In this document: in pieces, positions 45,928 to 56,533 of the stretch
Layout of the letters: every line of letters starts with the position of its first letter
Numbering within the stretch: position 1 is the stretch's first letter
Origin: Gemmatimonadaceae bacterium
GTDB lineage: Bacteria; Gemmatimonadota; Gemmatimonadetes; Gemmatimonadales; Gemmatimonadaceae
Assembly: GCA_040901985.1 (NCBI GenBank)
Contig: JBBDYC010000008.1
Location: 48,490-112,489, forward strand
Length of the DNA: 64,000 nucleotides
Reading direction: 5' to 3'
The notes under the pieces: generated by a model
The model's database searches: none
Seen by the model: only the letters and a program-made list of their open reading frames with translations
What the model was told of the DNA's origin: nothing
Translations under genes and position numbers: made by a program

Positions 45928-47100
45928 GTGTCTCGCGCCGCCGCCCCCGCCGCCACCTACCTCGACTCGGACTCCGGGGTCGAACAATGGCTCGCGGACG
46001 CGCGCAAGGCATCGCGCATCGCGCTCGACACCGAGGGGGCGAGCTTCCATCGGTTCGTGGACCGGATCTATCTCCTCCAGCTCTCCACTGCCGACCGGCA
46101 CGCGATCATTGACCCCCTCTCGATCCGCAAGCCGGGGTTGCTCGGCGAGATTGTCGAGGATCCGAAGATTGAGGTCGTCTTTCACGATGCCGACTACGAC
46201 CTCCGACTGCTCTACCAGGACTACGGTTGGCAGATCCGGAACGTCTTCGACACGCGGATCGCGGCGCAGCTCCTCGGGTTGAAGGCGTTCGGCCTCGCCT
46301 CGCTCCTCGAGCAGCGCTTCGGCGTGAAGCTCAACAAGAAGCATCAGCGCGCCGACTGGTCCATGCGCCCGCTCACCGCCGACATGCTCGATTACGCCGC
46401 GCAGGACACGATCCACCTGCTCGGCCTGCGCGACCAGCTGCACGACGAGCTGAAGGCGAAGCGCCGGCTGTCCTGGGCGAAGGAGGAGTTCGAGCGGCTC
46501 GAATCCATCCGCTGGGCGGCGGACGAGTCGGGGAACGGGTTCCTGAAGGTGAAGGGCGCGCGCGACCTTGCGCGGCGCGAGCTGGCGGTCTTCCGCGAAC
46601 TCGTCCAGTGGCGGGACGCGGCGGCGTTGCGGCTCGACCGCGCCACCTTCCGCGTCGTGTCGAACGAGGTGCTCTTCGAGGCGGCGCGGACGAACCCTGG
46701 GACGAAGGCCGCGCTCGGCAAGATCAAGGGGATGCCGCGCGGGATCCTCGAGCGCTCGGGCGACGAGATGCTCGCCGCGGTGGCGCGCGGACTCGCGGTG
46801 GCCGAGGGCGACCTCCCGAAGTTCCCGAAGTCGGCGCGGTGGGACCGCGACCCCGACTTCGACCACAAGGTCGGGGCGTTGAAGGCGGTGCGCGACGCGG
46901 CGGCGGCGCGGCTCGACCTCGACCCCGGCGTGCTCTGCTCGCGCGAGCGGATGGAGACGGTCGCGCGCCTGCTGCCGGCCGAACCCGATGCGCTCGCGAC
47001 GATCCCAGAGTTCCGGCGCTGGCAGGTCGAGGAGCTCGGCGCGGGGTTCGTCGGCGCGCTCAAGCCGTGGCGGAAGAAGGAGTCGCCGTACCGGGAGTGA
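45928..47100 (+). CDS. rnd: Ribonuclease D
   Basis: IALDTE, FHDADYD, FDTRIAA, DWSMRPL, YAAQD; HRDC domain. Confidence 0.92.
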   Translation: MSRAAAPAATYLDSDSGVEQWLADARKASRIALDTEGASFHRFVDRIYLLQLSTADRHAIIDPLSIRKPGLLGEIVEDPKIEVVFHDADYDLRLLYQDYGWQIRNVFDTRIAAQLLGLKAFGLASLLEQRFGVKLNKKHQRADWSMRPLTADMLDYAAQDTIHLLGLRDQLHDELKAKRRLSWAKEEFERLESIRWAADESGNGFLKVKGARDLARRELAVFRELVQWRDAAALRLDRATFRVVSNEVLFEAARTNPGTKAALGKIKGMPRGILERSGDEMLAAVARGLAVAEGDLPKFPKSARWDRDPDFDHKVGALKAVRDAAAARLDLDPGVLCSRERMETVARLLPAEPDALATIPEFRRWQVEELGAGFVGALKPWRKKESPYRE

Positions 47101-47113
47101 GCGGGGCGCGTCC

Positions 47114-47449
47114 CTAGAATCCGAGGTACGCCCTGACCCGCGGCTCGATCCGCTCCGGCGACCAGGGCGGCGACCAGACGAGATTCATCGTCACCGCGCC
47201 CACGCCGGCAATCGCCTTCAACTGCTCCTCGGCGTCCTTCATTATCTCCGGCCCTGACGGACAGCCCGGCGACGTGAGCGACATATCCACGTCCACGTCG
47301 TTTCCCTCGACACGGATCTCGTAGATCAGCCCGAGGTCGAGGATGTTGAGGTTGAGCTCGGGGTCCTTCACGCGCCGGAGCGCGAGCTTCACCTGGTCCT
47401 CGGTGAGCGCGGGCGTGGCGTCGGGCAGCGGGGCGGTGGTCTCGCTCAT
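47114..47449 (-). CDS. DUF59/SufT-like Fe-S assembly factor
   Basis: VKDPELNLNILDLGLIY...TSPGCP...PPW. Confidence 0.92.
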   Translation of the reverse strand: MSETTAPLPDATPALTEDQVKLALRRVKDPELNLNILDLGLIYEIRVEGNDVDVDMSLTSPGCPSGPEIMKDAEEQLKAIAGVGAVTMNLVWSPPWSPERIEPRVRAYLGF

Positions 47450-48792
47450 TGCGGTCGCTCGAGGTCGCTGGCGTCGGGACTCGACGGGGCGGCCTGCCGC
47501 GGCAGGGTCGTCGGCCGGCGTTCGGCGACGCGCGTCGGCGGGCGCCAGTCGGCCGCCTGGTCCACCCGGAAGGTGCGCGGCCAGGCCACCTGGCGGAGCG
47601 TCGGCACATCCATAATCGAGAGCGCGGCCGCGTCGGCCACGTCGTGCCGCACGTCGGCGATGATGATCCCCGGCCGCCGCGCGCGCGCCGCGTGCACGCG
47701 GTTGGTCATCAGCACCACGAAGAGCTGACGGTCGGGGTCAATCCAGATCGAGGTCCCGGTGTACCCGACGTGTCCGTACGCGTTGGCGCCGAGGAACTCG
47801 CCCGACCCGCGCTCGCCGGCGGCGACCTCCCAGCCGAGCGTGCGGTTGTCGCGCACGTGCGTGGTGAAGAGGCGCACGGTCGAGTCGGCAATCAGCCGCA
47901 CGCCGTTGTAGATGCCGCGATTCACCATCATCTGGGCGAAGATTGCCACGTCGGTGGCGCTGCCGAAGAGTCCGGCGTGTCCGGAGACGCCGCCGAGCGT
48001 GTACGCCGACTCGTCGTGCACCTCGGCGCAGAGCGAGTAGCCGCGCGGCGGGTTCGTCTCGGTCGGCGCGATGCGCGCGCGCACCTCACCCGGTGGCCGG
48101 AAGAAGGTGTCGTGCATCCCCAGCGGCGCGAAGATGCGCGTCTCGGCAAGGCGATCGAGCGGCATCCCGCTCAGGCGCTCGATCACCTTGCCCATTATCG
48201 CCGCGCCGAGGTCGGAATAGGTCATCGTGTGCATCGGCGGGAGCTGCGCCGGCGCCTGCATCATCTGTTGCCACGCTTCCTCGGGGGAGTTCGCGGTGAG
48301 CCAGAGGCGGCGGCCGGCGGGGAGGCCGGCGTGATGGCTCAACAGGTGGCGGACGCGGATCCGTTGCTTCCCCGGACCGGTGAACTCGGGAAGGATGTCC
48401 ACCACCCGCGCGTCGAGGTCGAGCTTCCCTTCGTCGTAGAGGATCATCGCCGCCGTGGCAATGACAATCGGCTTGGTGAGCGAGGCGAGGTCGTAGATCG
48501 TCTGTTGCGCGCCCACCGGCGTGCTGCCGTTGGACCAGCTTTGCCGGCCGTACCCCTTCTGCCAGACGGCCGCGCCGTTCCGCCCGATGACGACGGCCGC
48601 CCCGGGGTACGCGCCGGCGGCAATCCCCCGCCCGATGATCCGGTCCACCTCGGCCAACCGTTCGGCGCTCATCCCGACCGTCCAGGGCGCGCGGACGGGG
48701 ACTCCGGCTGGGGCCTGCGGCGCCTGCGGCGCCTGGGGCGCCGGGCGCTGCAGGAGGAGGGTTCCGGCCAGGGAGACGAGCGGGAGCAGCAT
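47446..48792 (-). CDS. Beta-lactamase-family serine hydrolase
   Basis: ASLTK, YSD, GHAGLF, GHVGYTG. Confidence 0.88.
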   Translation of the reverse strand: MLLPLVSLAGTLLLQRPAPQAPQAPQAPAGVPVRAPWTVGMSAERLAEVDRIIGRGIAAGAYPGAAVVIGRNGAAVWQKGYGRQSWSNGSTPVGAQQTIYDLASLTKPIVIATAAMILYDEGKLDLDARVVDILPEFTGPGKQRIRVRHLLSHHAGLPAGRRLWLTANSPEEAWQQMMQAPAQLPPMHTMTYSDLGAAIMGKVIERLSGMPLDRLAETRIFAPLGMHDTFFRPPGEVRARIAPTETNPPRGYSLCAEVHDESAYTLGGVSGHAGLFGSATDVAIFAQMMVNRGIYNGVRLIADSTVRLFTTHVRDNRTLGWEVAAGERGSGEFLGANAYGHVGYTGTSIWIDPDRQLFVVLMTNRVHAARARRPGIIIADVRHDVADAAALSIMDVPTLRQVAWPRTFRVDQAADWRPPTRVAERRPTTLPRQAAPSSPDASDLERPQ

Positions 48793-48865
48793 ATGCCTCA
48801 GTCTAGCCCGGCCCCGCCGGGAGGCAACCCTTGTACCGGGGGGTGTGACCCATCCAGTGTAAGGT

Positions 48866-49441
48866 ATGGCCACCGACCCCCTCACCATCCGACGCGCCAT
48901 CGCCGGCGACGAGTCGGCGTTGCGCTCGCTCTGGGTGGAGCACGCGCCACGCATTGACGCGGTCGTGCGGCGGTTGGTGGGCGACCCGGATCAGGCGGCG
49001 GACATCGCGCAGGAGGTCTGGATCCAGATCTTCCGCGCGCTCCCCAGCTGGCGGGGGGATTCGCAGTTCTCCACCTGGGCGCACCGGATTGCGGTGAATC
49101 GGACGCTGAACGCACTGCGCACCGTGCGGCGGCTGGCGAAGATCGAGGTGGTGATGGAGGACGACACGGTCTCGGTGGACGACGATCCGGATCGCCCTTT
49201 CCTCGCCCAGTCAATAGACGAGGCGGTACAGCAACTTTCTCCCGGCGCGCGGACGGTGTTCGTGATGCACGACGTGGACGGATACACGCACGAGGAAATC
49301 GCCCAGGAACTGGGCATCACCACGGGCGGTTCGAAGTCACAGCTCTTCAAGGCACGCGCGAAGCTCCGCCGGCTGCTCGCGCATTTGGTGGATGCCCCAT
49401 CCCCGGCGAAGGACCAGGAACATGTCACACCTTTCGATTGA
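48866..49441 (+). CDS. ECF sigma factor
   Basis: DIAQEVW...FSTWAHRIAVN; region 4 YTHEEIAQELG...SKSQL. Confidence 0.92.
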   Translation: MATDPLTIRRAIAGDESALRSLWVEHAPRIDAVVRRLVGDPDQAADIAQEVWIQIFRALPSWRGDSQFSTWAHRIAVNRTLNALRTVRRLAKIEVVMEDDTVSVDDDPDRPFLAQSIDEAVQQLSPGARTVFVMHDVDGYTHEEIAQELGITTGGSKSQLFKARAKLRRLLAHLVDAPSPAKDQEHVTPFD

Positions 49442-50198
49442 CCGACTGGCCGCGATTGCGGACGACACCCCGACCCCGGACGAGGCGACGCATCTCGCCG
49501 GGTGCTGGGATTGCCGGGCCGAGGTCGCGGCGTACCGCCGACTGGCGCGGATGAGCGCGATGGCGCCCTTGCCGACGGAGCCGCTGACCGCGTGGTCGCG
49601 GCTGGCACCGCAGCTGCGCGCCGAGGGCTTGATCACCGACGCCGCGGGGGCCGCGGGCGGTGCGGCAGCGGGCGGCGCAGGCGGCGGCGCAGGCGGCGCA
49701 GGCGGCGGGCGTCGCGATGCAGGCGTCGTCCCGCTCTTCTCGCGCAGGCCGATACTGCAGAGCTGGGCCGTGCGCGCGGCGGCGGGGCTCGCGCTGGTGC
49801 TCGGCGGCGCGCTGGTCGGCCGGCTCTCGACCGGGGTGCCGTTTGGGACCGCCGGGGGCGATCTGCTGGCCGGCGCGTCACCGGTGCCGGCGGCCTTTGC
49901 CTCGAGCGACGAGGCGCTGGAGGTGCTGACGGTGGCGCAGCAGCGGTACCAGTCGGCGGCGGCGTTCCTCGCATCGCAGGACACCTCCGCGCGCTTCATC
50001 GGGATGAACCAGGATTCGTATCGGGCGCGACTCGCCGCGCTCGACGAGATTGCCGCGACCGCGCGCGCCGCGCTCTACCGCGCGCCGCAGGATCCGATGC
50101 TCAACCAGTACTACCTGACCACGCTCGGCGCGCGCGAGGCGACGCTGCGGGAGATCGGGGCCAGCCTGCCGGAGACGCGCCGGCTGGAGCGGTACTGA
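49422..50198 (+). CDS. Zinc-binding anti-sigma factor
   Basis: HLAGCWDC (Hx3Cx2C), single TM, follows ECF gene. Confidence 0.8.
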   Translation: MSHLSIDRLAAIADDTPTPDEATHLAGCWDCRAEVAAYRRLARMSAMAPLPTEPLTAWSRLAPQLRAEGLITDAAGAAGGAAAGGAGGGAGGAGGGRRDAGVVPLFSRRPILQSWAVRAAAGLALVLGGALVGRLSTGVPFGTAGGDLLAGASPVPAAFASSDEALEVLTVAQQRYQSAAAFLASQDTSARFIGMNQDSYRARLAALDEIAATARAALYRAPQDPMLNQYYLTTLGAREATLREIGASLPETRRLERY

Positions 50199-51421
50199 TG
50201 CGGCGCGCGCTGCTCGTTGCCGCCGCCGCTGGCGCGGTCGCTGCCGCCGCTGTCGCCCTCGCGCCGTCGCTTGCGCGCACGCTGGCGCTCGCTGCCCAGC
50301 AGCAGCCGTCGCGCGACAGCGTGGCGCGCCGCCTGCCCTATGTGTTCCGCGACACGGTGACGGTACGTCGGCTGACCGTCGGCAATGAGGCGGAGGTGCA
50401 GCGCGTCGTGAGCGAACTGCTCGAACGCGAGGCGCACCTCGTGCGGCAGCTCACGTTGCTCCCGCTGACCGAGGTGCAGTCGCGCGAGGCGCTTTCCACC
50501 GAGCTCCAGCGGGTGGCGCGCGAGGCCTTCACGATGATGAGCGTCATCGAATCGCGCTGTATGGGCGAGCGCGTCAGCGTCCCGACCGGATACCTCGGGA
50601 TCAACTTCGACACCGAGGTGCAGGTGCAGGACCGCCGAGTGACGTTGGAGCGTTCGGTGGTCACGAGCGTCGAGCCGGGGTCGCCGGCGCAGCGCGCCGG
50701 GATCCAGTCGGGCGACTACCTCATCGCGATCGCCGGCCGCGAGTTTCGAACCAGGATCCCCGACCTTTCCGACGTCCTTGAACCGGGCCGGCGCGTGGCG
50801 GTGCGGTACGAACGTGCCGGGACGCCGCAGGAAGTGACGCTGACGGTCACCCCGCGACCGGAGAGCTTCGTGTCGTCGTGCCCGCGGTTCGAACGCGCCA
50901 TGCAGCCGCTCCGCGCCGGCGTCGTCGGCCGGGTGTGGATGACCGACTCGACCGACTCGCGCGGAAACCGATTTGCCTTCGTGGTGACGCCCAAGCCGCC
51001 CGCGCCGCTCCCGTCGCGCGTAACGGCCCAGACGCCGCCGACACCGGCTGTCGCGCCGGCGCCCCCCACGCCCCCCGTTCCGTCGCAGGTGATGGTCTTC
51101 GGGTCGGGCGCGGCGTTCGGCGGTCGGATCTCCTACTTCGGCGGCGCGCAGTTCCGCGTGCTCGACGACGACTGGCGCAACGTCCTCGGCCTGCGCGCCA
51201 ACGTGGTCGGCGTTCTCGTCAACGAGGTCGCGCCCGGCTCGGCTGCCGCGCAGGCGGGGCTCAAGGTCGGCGACGTGGTCACCACGGTCAACGGCTCGCA
51301 GGCCACGTCGCCGTTCGTGGTCTCGCGACTCCTCGGCGTCAGCGAGGACCTGCGCGCGACACTGCAGATTGTCCGCGCGCGCGAGCGGCGGACGGTGACG
51401 ATGAGCTGGGGTGCGCGCTGA
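50198..51421 (+). CDS. Exported double-PDZ protein
   Basis: GYLGI...VEPGSPAQRAGIQSGD; VAPGSAAAQAGLKVGD. Confidence 0.85.
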   Translation: MRRALLVAAAAGAVAAAAVALAPSLARTLALAAQQQPSRDSVARRLPYVFRDTVTVRRLTVGNEAEVQRVVSELLEREAHLVRQLTLLPLTEVQSREALSTELQRVAREAFTMMSVIESRCMGERVSVPTGYLGINFDTEVQVQDRRVTLERSVVTSVEPGSPAQRAGIQSGDYLIAIAGREFRTRIPDLSDVLEPGRRVAVRYERAGTPQEVTLTVTPRPESFVSSCPRFERAMQPLRAGVVGRVWMTDSTDSRGNRFAFVVTPKPPAPLPSRVTAQTPPTPAVAPAPPTPPVPSQVMVFGSGAAFGGRISYFGGAQFRVLDDDWRNVLGLRANVVGVLVNEVAPGSAAAQAGLKVGDVVTTVNGSQATSPFVVSRLLGVSEDLRATLQIVRARERRTVTMSWGAR

Positions 51422-51439
51422 GCCGACGCCCGCGCGGCG

Positions 51440-52285
51440 TCAGGGCGTGATGCGACCCGGCGGAAGGGCGTAGACGAGGCGGATCGTGCGACGGTCCGCC
51501 TCGCTCAGTTCCGTCACCTTGACCTGCGGCGCCATCACGTGCGTGGTGTCGCGCACGTGGTCGAGACCGAGCAAATGCCCCACCTCGTGGCGCGCGATCG
51601 CCCGCACGCCGTCGCGGCCGAGCAGCCGGCCATCGGGCTGGTGCAGGGCGAGCTCGATCGTCCCGCGGACGATCCACCCGTGCTGGTCGTGCGCCCAGTG
51701 GGTCTGACCCGTCTTCCGCTCCTCGAACCGATCCACCCAGGTGACACGGATCGTGGCGCGCGCCGAGTCGGGGGTGAAGGTGAAGAGAAGCGGAACGCCG
51801 GCGTCGCTCCAGGCGCTGAAGGCGTCGTGCACGAGGCCGAGATGCGCGTGCTCGAACCCTGGAAGTGGCGACTCCTGCACCCAGATGCGCATCGGCTCGC
51901 CCGGACGCTCCGGCCAGCGGTAGTTCCAGCCGTCGCGCGCCGCCAGCAGCTCGGCGAGATACGTGCCATCGAGGCGCGCGTCGAGCGTGAAGCGGATGTG
52001 GTCGAGGTCGCGCTCTGGCGCGCCGAGCGCGGACTCCTCGAACACCTGCGTCTCCGCCTCGTCGAAGACTTCCGCTTGTTGCTCGGCATCAGCGGCCAGC
52101 CGCGCGAGGGCGCTATCTGTGGCGAGCTGGATGAAGTGCGCAGTCGCGTCGGGGCGCTGGCGCCACCAGAGACCGGCGACGACGAGGACGACGATCAGTA
52201 GGATCGCCGCAAGCCGAAAGCCAGCCGAAGAGGGGGGAGCGCCACTCACACGGGAAACGTACTCATTGACGAGTCGTGAGTACAC
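51440..52285 (-). CDS. Matrixin-family metalloprotease
   Basis: [11 protein letters not shown] + Met-turn; N-terminal TM. Confidence 0.85.
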   Translation of the reverse strand: MYSRLVNEYVSRVSGAPPSSAGFRLAAILLIVVLVVAGLWWRQRPDATAHFIQLATDSALARLAADAEQQAEVFDEAETQVFEESALGAPERDLDHIRFTLDARLDGTYLAELLAARDGWNYRWPERPGEPMRIWVQESPLPGFEHAHLGLVHDAFSAWSDAGVPLLFTFTPDSARATIRVTWVDRFEERKTGQTHWAHDQHGWIVRGTIELALHQPDGRLLGRDGVRAIARHEVGHLLGLDHVRDTTHVMAPQVKVTELSEADRRTIRLVYALPPGRITP

Positions 52286-52299
52286 GACGAACGTCCGGG

Positions 52300-53391
52300 A
52301 TGAGGTTCGAACTCGGACTCTACTCGTTCGTCGAGAACACCGCCGGCGCCGACGGGCGCACGCTGCCGCCCCGCGAGCGGATCGCGCATCTCCTGGAGGA
52401 GGTCGAGCTCGCCGACCAGGTCGGCCTTGAGGTCTTCGGCATCGGCGAGCACCATCGCCCGGACTATCTCGTCTCGACGCCGGCCGTGGTCCTCGCCGCC
52501 GCGGCGATGCGGTCCAGCCGCATCCGGCTGACCAGCGCGGTCTCGGTCATCAGTTCCGACGACCCGGTGCGTGTGTTCCAGGAGTTCGCCACGCTCGACC
52601 TCCTGTCGAACGGCCGCGCCGAGATCATGGCAGGACGCGGGTCGTTCATCGAGTCGTTCCCGCTCTTCGGGTACGACCTCAAGGACTACGATTCGCTCTT
52701 CAGTGAGAAGCTCGAGCTGCTGCTGAGGATCCGCCGCGACGACCGCGTGATCTGGACGGGCCGGCACCGCGCCGCGCTTGACGACCAGCCGATCTATCCG
52801 CGTCCGGTGCAGGCACCAATCCCGGTGTGGGTGGCAGTGGGGGGCACGCCGGAGTCGGTGGTGCGCGCGGCGTCGCTCGGGCTGCCGATGGCGTTGGCAA
52901 TCATCGGCGGCTCGCCGGAGCGCTTTGTGCCATTCGTGGACCTCTATCGCGAGGCGTGGGCCAAGGCGGGCCACAAGGCGGAGGATCTTCAGGTGAGCAT
53001 CAACTCGCACGGCTTCCTTGCCGACTCGTCGGGCGCGGCGGCCGAGGCAGCGTGGCCGCCCTACCTGGACGTGATGGGACGGATTGGCCGTGAGCGCGGG
53101 TGGCCGCCCCCGACGCGCCGCCAGTTCGACGCCGAGCGGTCGCCCAAGGGCGCACTGTTCATCGGCGACCCGCCGGAGGTCATTGACAAGATCCTCTGGG
53201 AGCACGAGCTCTTCGGCCACACGCGCCACCTCATCCAATTCAGCGTCGGCACGATGCCGCACTCGCAGATGCTGCGCGCGATCGAGCTCTATGGCACAGT
53301 CGTCGCGCCGGCGGTGCGGAAGGCGCTGGGCGTGACCGCACCGCCGGCCAGTGCCACGGTCAGTGGCGCCCGAGCCGCACGCCCAGATTGA
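52300..53391 (+). CDS. LLM-class flavin-dependent oxidoreductase
   Basis: [31 protein letters not shown]. Confidence 0.92.
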   Translation: MRFELGLYSFVENTAGADGRTLPPRERIAHLLEEVELADQVGLEVFGIGEHHRPDYLVSTPAVVLAAAAMRSSRIRLTSAVSVISSDDPVRVFQEFATLDLLSNGRAEIMAGRGSFIESFPLFGYDLKDYDSLFSEKLELLLRIRRDDRVIWTGRHRAALDDQPIYPRPVQAPIPVWVAVGGTPESVVRAASLGLPMALAIIGGSPERFVPFVDLYREAWAKAGHKAEDLQVSINSHGFLADSSGAAAEAAWPPYLDVMGRIGRERGWPPPTRRQFDAERSPKGALFIGDPPEVIDKILWEHELFGHTRHLIQFSVGTMPHSQMLRAIELYGTVVAPAVRKALGVTAPPASATVSGARAARPD

Positions 53392-55351
53392 CCACGCGGC
53401 CGTCGAGCGGACCCCAGACATCGGTCGTCCAGCGCCCGCCGACGCCACGCGCCGGCAGCAACAGCGGCGATTCCTTCGTCTGGCGGAAATCGAGCAGGTT
53501 CTCGCCGTTCACGAAGAGGCGCACGGAGCCAATCCGCCGCTCGACCATCAGGCCGAGGTGGACGTACGGCACGCTCTCCGTGCGGTACGGGTCGTCGCCG
53601 AGCGACTGCACGCCGGTGCGGTAGACCTCGACCGCGATCCGCCCCAGTCCCTCGGCTTCCCACGCGCCGACGAATCCGACGCTGTGCTCCGGCGTGAGCG
53701 GGACCTCGCGGCGCGCGCCGGTGGCGGGGTCCGCCTCGGTGGCGCGCAGCCAGGTGTATGAGGCGCTCAGGTGGAATGGTGCCGGCCGAGCGCGCACCAT
53801 CAGCTCGGCGCCGTGCGTGCGCGTCGGCGCATCCACGTTGATGAGTTCGACGGCGCCCGGGACGCCCGCGACCTCGCGGTAGCCGATCGGGTCCCGGATT
53901 TCCGACGCGAAGAGAGACGCGTAGAGCTCGATTGCCGCGAAGGCGCCGCCGAGATCCACCGAGCCGCTCCGCGCGCGCTCGACCCGCAGGCCGTCCAGTG
54001 GCTCGAGGGGCGTGAGGCCGACCACCTCAACCTCCTCGGTGAATGGCGTCGGCCCGAAGAATCCCGTCCCGCCGGAGGCGCGCAGCGACCAGGTTGGCGT
54101 GAGCCGCCAGAGGGCCGAGAGCCGCGGCGACCATTGCGCACCGTACTCGCTGTGCACATCCACGCGCGCGCTCGCCGAGAGCGCCAGCCGCGCGCCGACG
54201 TCCACAGTGTGTTGCGCGAAGAGCCCGGGAGTGCTGTGGACGAAGTCGAACTGGCCCAGGTCGTCGGCGCGGAATCGCTCCTGCTGCAGCGCGGCGCCGA
54301 GTACCCAGACGCCTCCCGCGCCGACGCCCGTCACCGCCGCCTCGCCGAACCAGGTGAAGTGCAGGTCGCGCTCCTGTACCGCGCCGAAGGTGTGCCGGTG
54401 ATCCTGCGCCGACGCGGACGCGCGCACGGTGACGACATTCGAGGTTGTCAGCCAGCGCACGACCCCGCCGGCGTCAAATCGTCCGGTCCGCAATCGCTCG
54501 GGATGCGAGCTGCCGTCGGCCACGGAGTCGCCGGGCACGGTGCCCCCGGCGCGCTCTTCGAGCGTGGTACCGAGCGTGAACATCGCCGAGTGGCCGGCCG
54601 GACTCCGCCAGTGCACGCGCGGACGAAGCACCACGCGCTCGTAGCGCGCAACGTCGGTCCAGCCGTCGTGGTCGCGATCCACACGCCCTTGGGAATGGAC
54701 GCCGGTGAGGAGCGTGTACCCCCAGCGCTCATTGACCGCATCCGACGCAAAGGCCACGGCGTCCCTGCCGTCGAGGCTGGTGCCGTTGAGGAGAAGCTCT
54801 CGTACCGGTTCGCCCTCGGGCGTACGCGAGACGAGGTTGATCACCCCGCCGAGCGCCGACCCGCCGTAGAGCGCCGAGGAGACGCCCTTGATCACCTCGA
54901 CCGCGCCAAGGTCCATCGGCGGGATCTGCAGCAGGCCGAGGCCGCCGGTCTGCGCGCCGTACAACGGGAGCCCGTCCACGAGCATCTGCGTGTAGCGGCC
55001 GCGCAGCCCCTGGATGCGGACGTTCGCGCCGCCGAGTCCGGGCGCGGTCGTCTGCACCCGTAGCCCCGGGGTCTCGTTCAGCATCATCGTGATGTCGCCC
55101 GGCGTCATCAGGAGCTTCTCCTCGACCTCCTCGCCGTCGAGGCGATCCACGCGCAGCGGCTCATCCTCGATGCGGCGCGTGCTGCGGGTGGCGCTGATGA
55201 CGACGGTCCGCGTCGTGACCGGCGCGCGCACGGTGTCGGGCGCGGGTGGCTTGGTCGGCGTTGGCGGGGTCTCCTGGGCGCCAAGCGCATCGGTGAGCCC
55301 GGCAATCGTCGCCAGCACCACGACCGACCGCGCAAGGTTCGAGAGCACCAC
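53360..55351 (-). CDS. TonB-dependent receptor (in frame with upstream queG)
   Basis: VVISATR TonB box, plug (IQGLRGRY), [12 protein letters not shown]...GGVIN, barrel ending NLGVRL. Confidence 0.85.
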   Translation of the reverse strand: MVLSNLARSVVVLATIAGLTDALGAQETPPTPTKPPAPDTVRAPVTTRTVVISATRSTRRIEDEPLRVDRLDGEEVEEKLLMTPGDITMMLNETPGLRVQTTAPGLGGANVRIQGLRGRYTQMLVDGLPLYGAQTGGLGLLQIPPMDLGAVEVIKGVSSALYGGSALGGVINLVSRTPEGEPVRELLLNGTSLDGRDAVAFASDAVNERWGYTLLTGVHSQGRVDRDHDGWTDVARYERVVLRPRVHWRSPAGHSAMFTLGTTLEERAGGTVPGDSVADGSSHPERLRTGRFDAGGVVRWLTTSNVVTVRASASAQDHRHTFGAVQERDLHFTWFGEAAVTGVGAGGVWVLGAALQQERFRADDLGQFDFVHSTPGLFAQHTVDVGARLALSASARVDVHSEYGAQWSPRLSALWRLTPTWSLRASGGTGFFGPTPFTEEVEVVGLTPLEPLDGLRVERARSGSVDLGGAFAAIELYASLFASEIRDPIGYREVAGVPGAVELINVDAPTRTHGAELMVRARPAPFHLSASYTWLRATEADPATGARREVPLTPEHSVGFVGAWEAEGLGRIAVEVYRTGVQSLGDDPYRTESVPYVHLGLMVERRIGSVRLFVNGENLLDFRQTKESPLLLPARGVGGRWTTDVWGPLDGRVVNLGVRLGRH

Positions 55352-56260
55352 CTCGGCGTTGCGGCGGAGCCCGTCACGCCGGGCCCGCTTGAGCGCGCTG
55401 TTCCGGAATGCGGCGCTGAACCCCGGCTGGTCGAGCGAAAGAATCTCCTCGGCGAGCGTCCGAGCGTCCTTCGTGGCAATCATCGGGCGCGGGAGGAACG
55501 CGGCGTCCCTGGGCGCAGTCGCAAACTTCACGTTCCACGGACAGACGTCCTGGCAGATGTCGCAGCCGAAGAGATGCTCGCCCACGTCAGCGCGCCGTCC
55601 GGCCGGGATCTCCCCGCGGAGTTCAATCGTGAGGTAGGAGATGCACCGTCGCGCGTCCATCACGCCCGGCTCGATGAAAGCGGCGGTGGGGCAGGCGTCG
55701 AGGCAGCGGGTGCAGCTGCCGCAGTGCTCGGTGTCAAAGGGCGCGTCGGGGGCAAGCTCGAGATCCACGAAGAGCGCGCCGATGAAGAAGAACGATCCGC
55801 GCTCCGGATGGATGAGCATCGTGTTCTTGCCGAACCAGCCGAGTCCGGCCTGGCGGGCGAGGTCGCGCTCGAGGATCGGGCCGGTGTCCACGTAAGCGCG
55901 CCCGCGCACGTTCTCGCCGCGCTCGGCGCGCATCCAGTCGAGGAGCGTGTCGAGTCGGTCCCAGATCAGCCGATGGTAGTCGTCGCCGCGGGCGTACTTG
56001 GCGATCGGGCCGTCCGGCTGGCGACCGCCGTAGTCGAGCGCGACGACGATGGCCGAGCGCATCCCGGGCTCGGGGAAGGTGGTGTCGCTGCGGAGCTCGG
56101 CGCCGCGCTCGAGATAGCCCATCGTCCCGTGGTGCCCCTCGGCGATCCACCGAGTGAACGCCTCGTGCGTGCCGACCGGCCCGAGTCGCGCGATGCCGGC
56201 GAGGTCGAAGCCGAGTCCGAGCGCCTGTGCCTTGAGGCGGGCCTCGAACGTGGCGCTCAC
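55352..56260 (-). CDS. queG: Epoxyqueuosine reductase, no stop codon before TBDR
   Basis: YARGDDYH, VDTGPILER, GWFGKN, CGSCTRCLDACP, CISY, GCDICQDVCPWN. Confidence 0.92.
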
Positions 56261-56499
56261 CCGATGCGCGCCGCCCAGCGCGCGTAACGGACCACGTCCT
56301 CCGGCGGCGGCAGGGCGTCGTGGTCCCCGTACGCCGTGTACATCCGCCACCGCACATAGTCGCGCGACGGGAGCGGGAGGAATGGGAAGCGCGCATACCA
56401 GCGATTCCGCCGGAAGCGCCACGCCACGACGAGCAACGCCCGCGCGAGGGCGGGGTTGATCAGCGCGCGCGGAATGAGCCTGAGGATGAGCGAGAGCAT
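56257..56499 (-). CDS. Small hypothetical protein
   Basis: Stop overlaps queG start (GTGA); PFLPLPSRDYVRWRMYTAYG. Confidence 0.6.
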   Translation of the reverse strand: MLSLILRLIPRALINPALARALLVVAWRFRRNRWYARFPFLPLPSRDYVRWRMYTAYGDHDALPPPEDVVRYARWAARIG

Positions 56500-56533
56500 C
56501 GGTTGGCGGTGAATATACGTATCTTCCCGTCCC

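Noticed and set aside
33674..48792. Antibiotic resistance calls for Vgb-like and beta-lactamase-family genes
   Set aside because: Fold-level similarity only; these families are widespread with other functions
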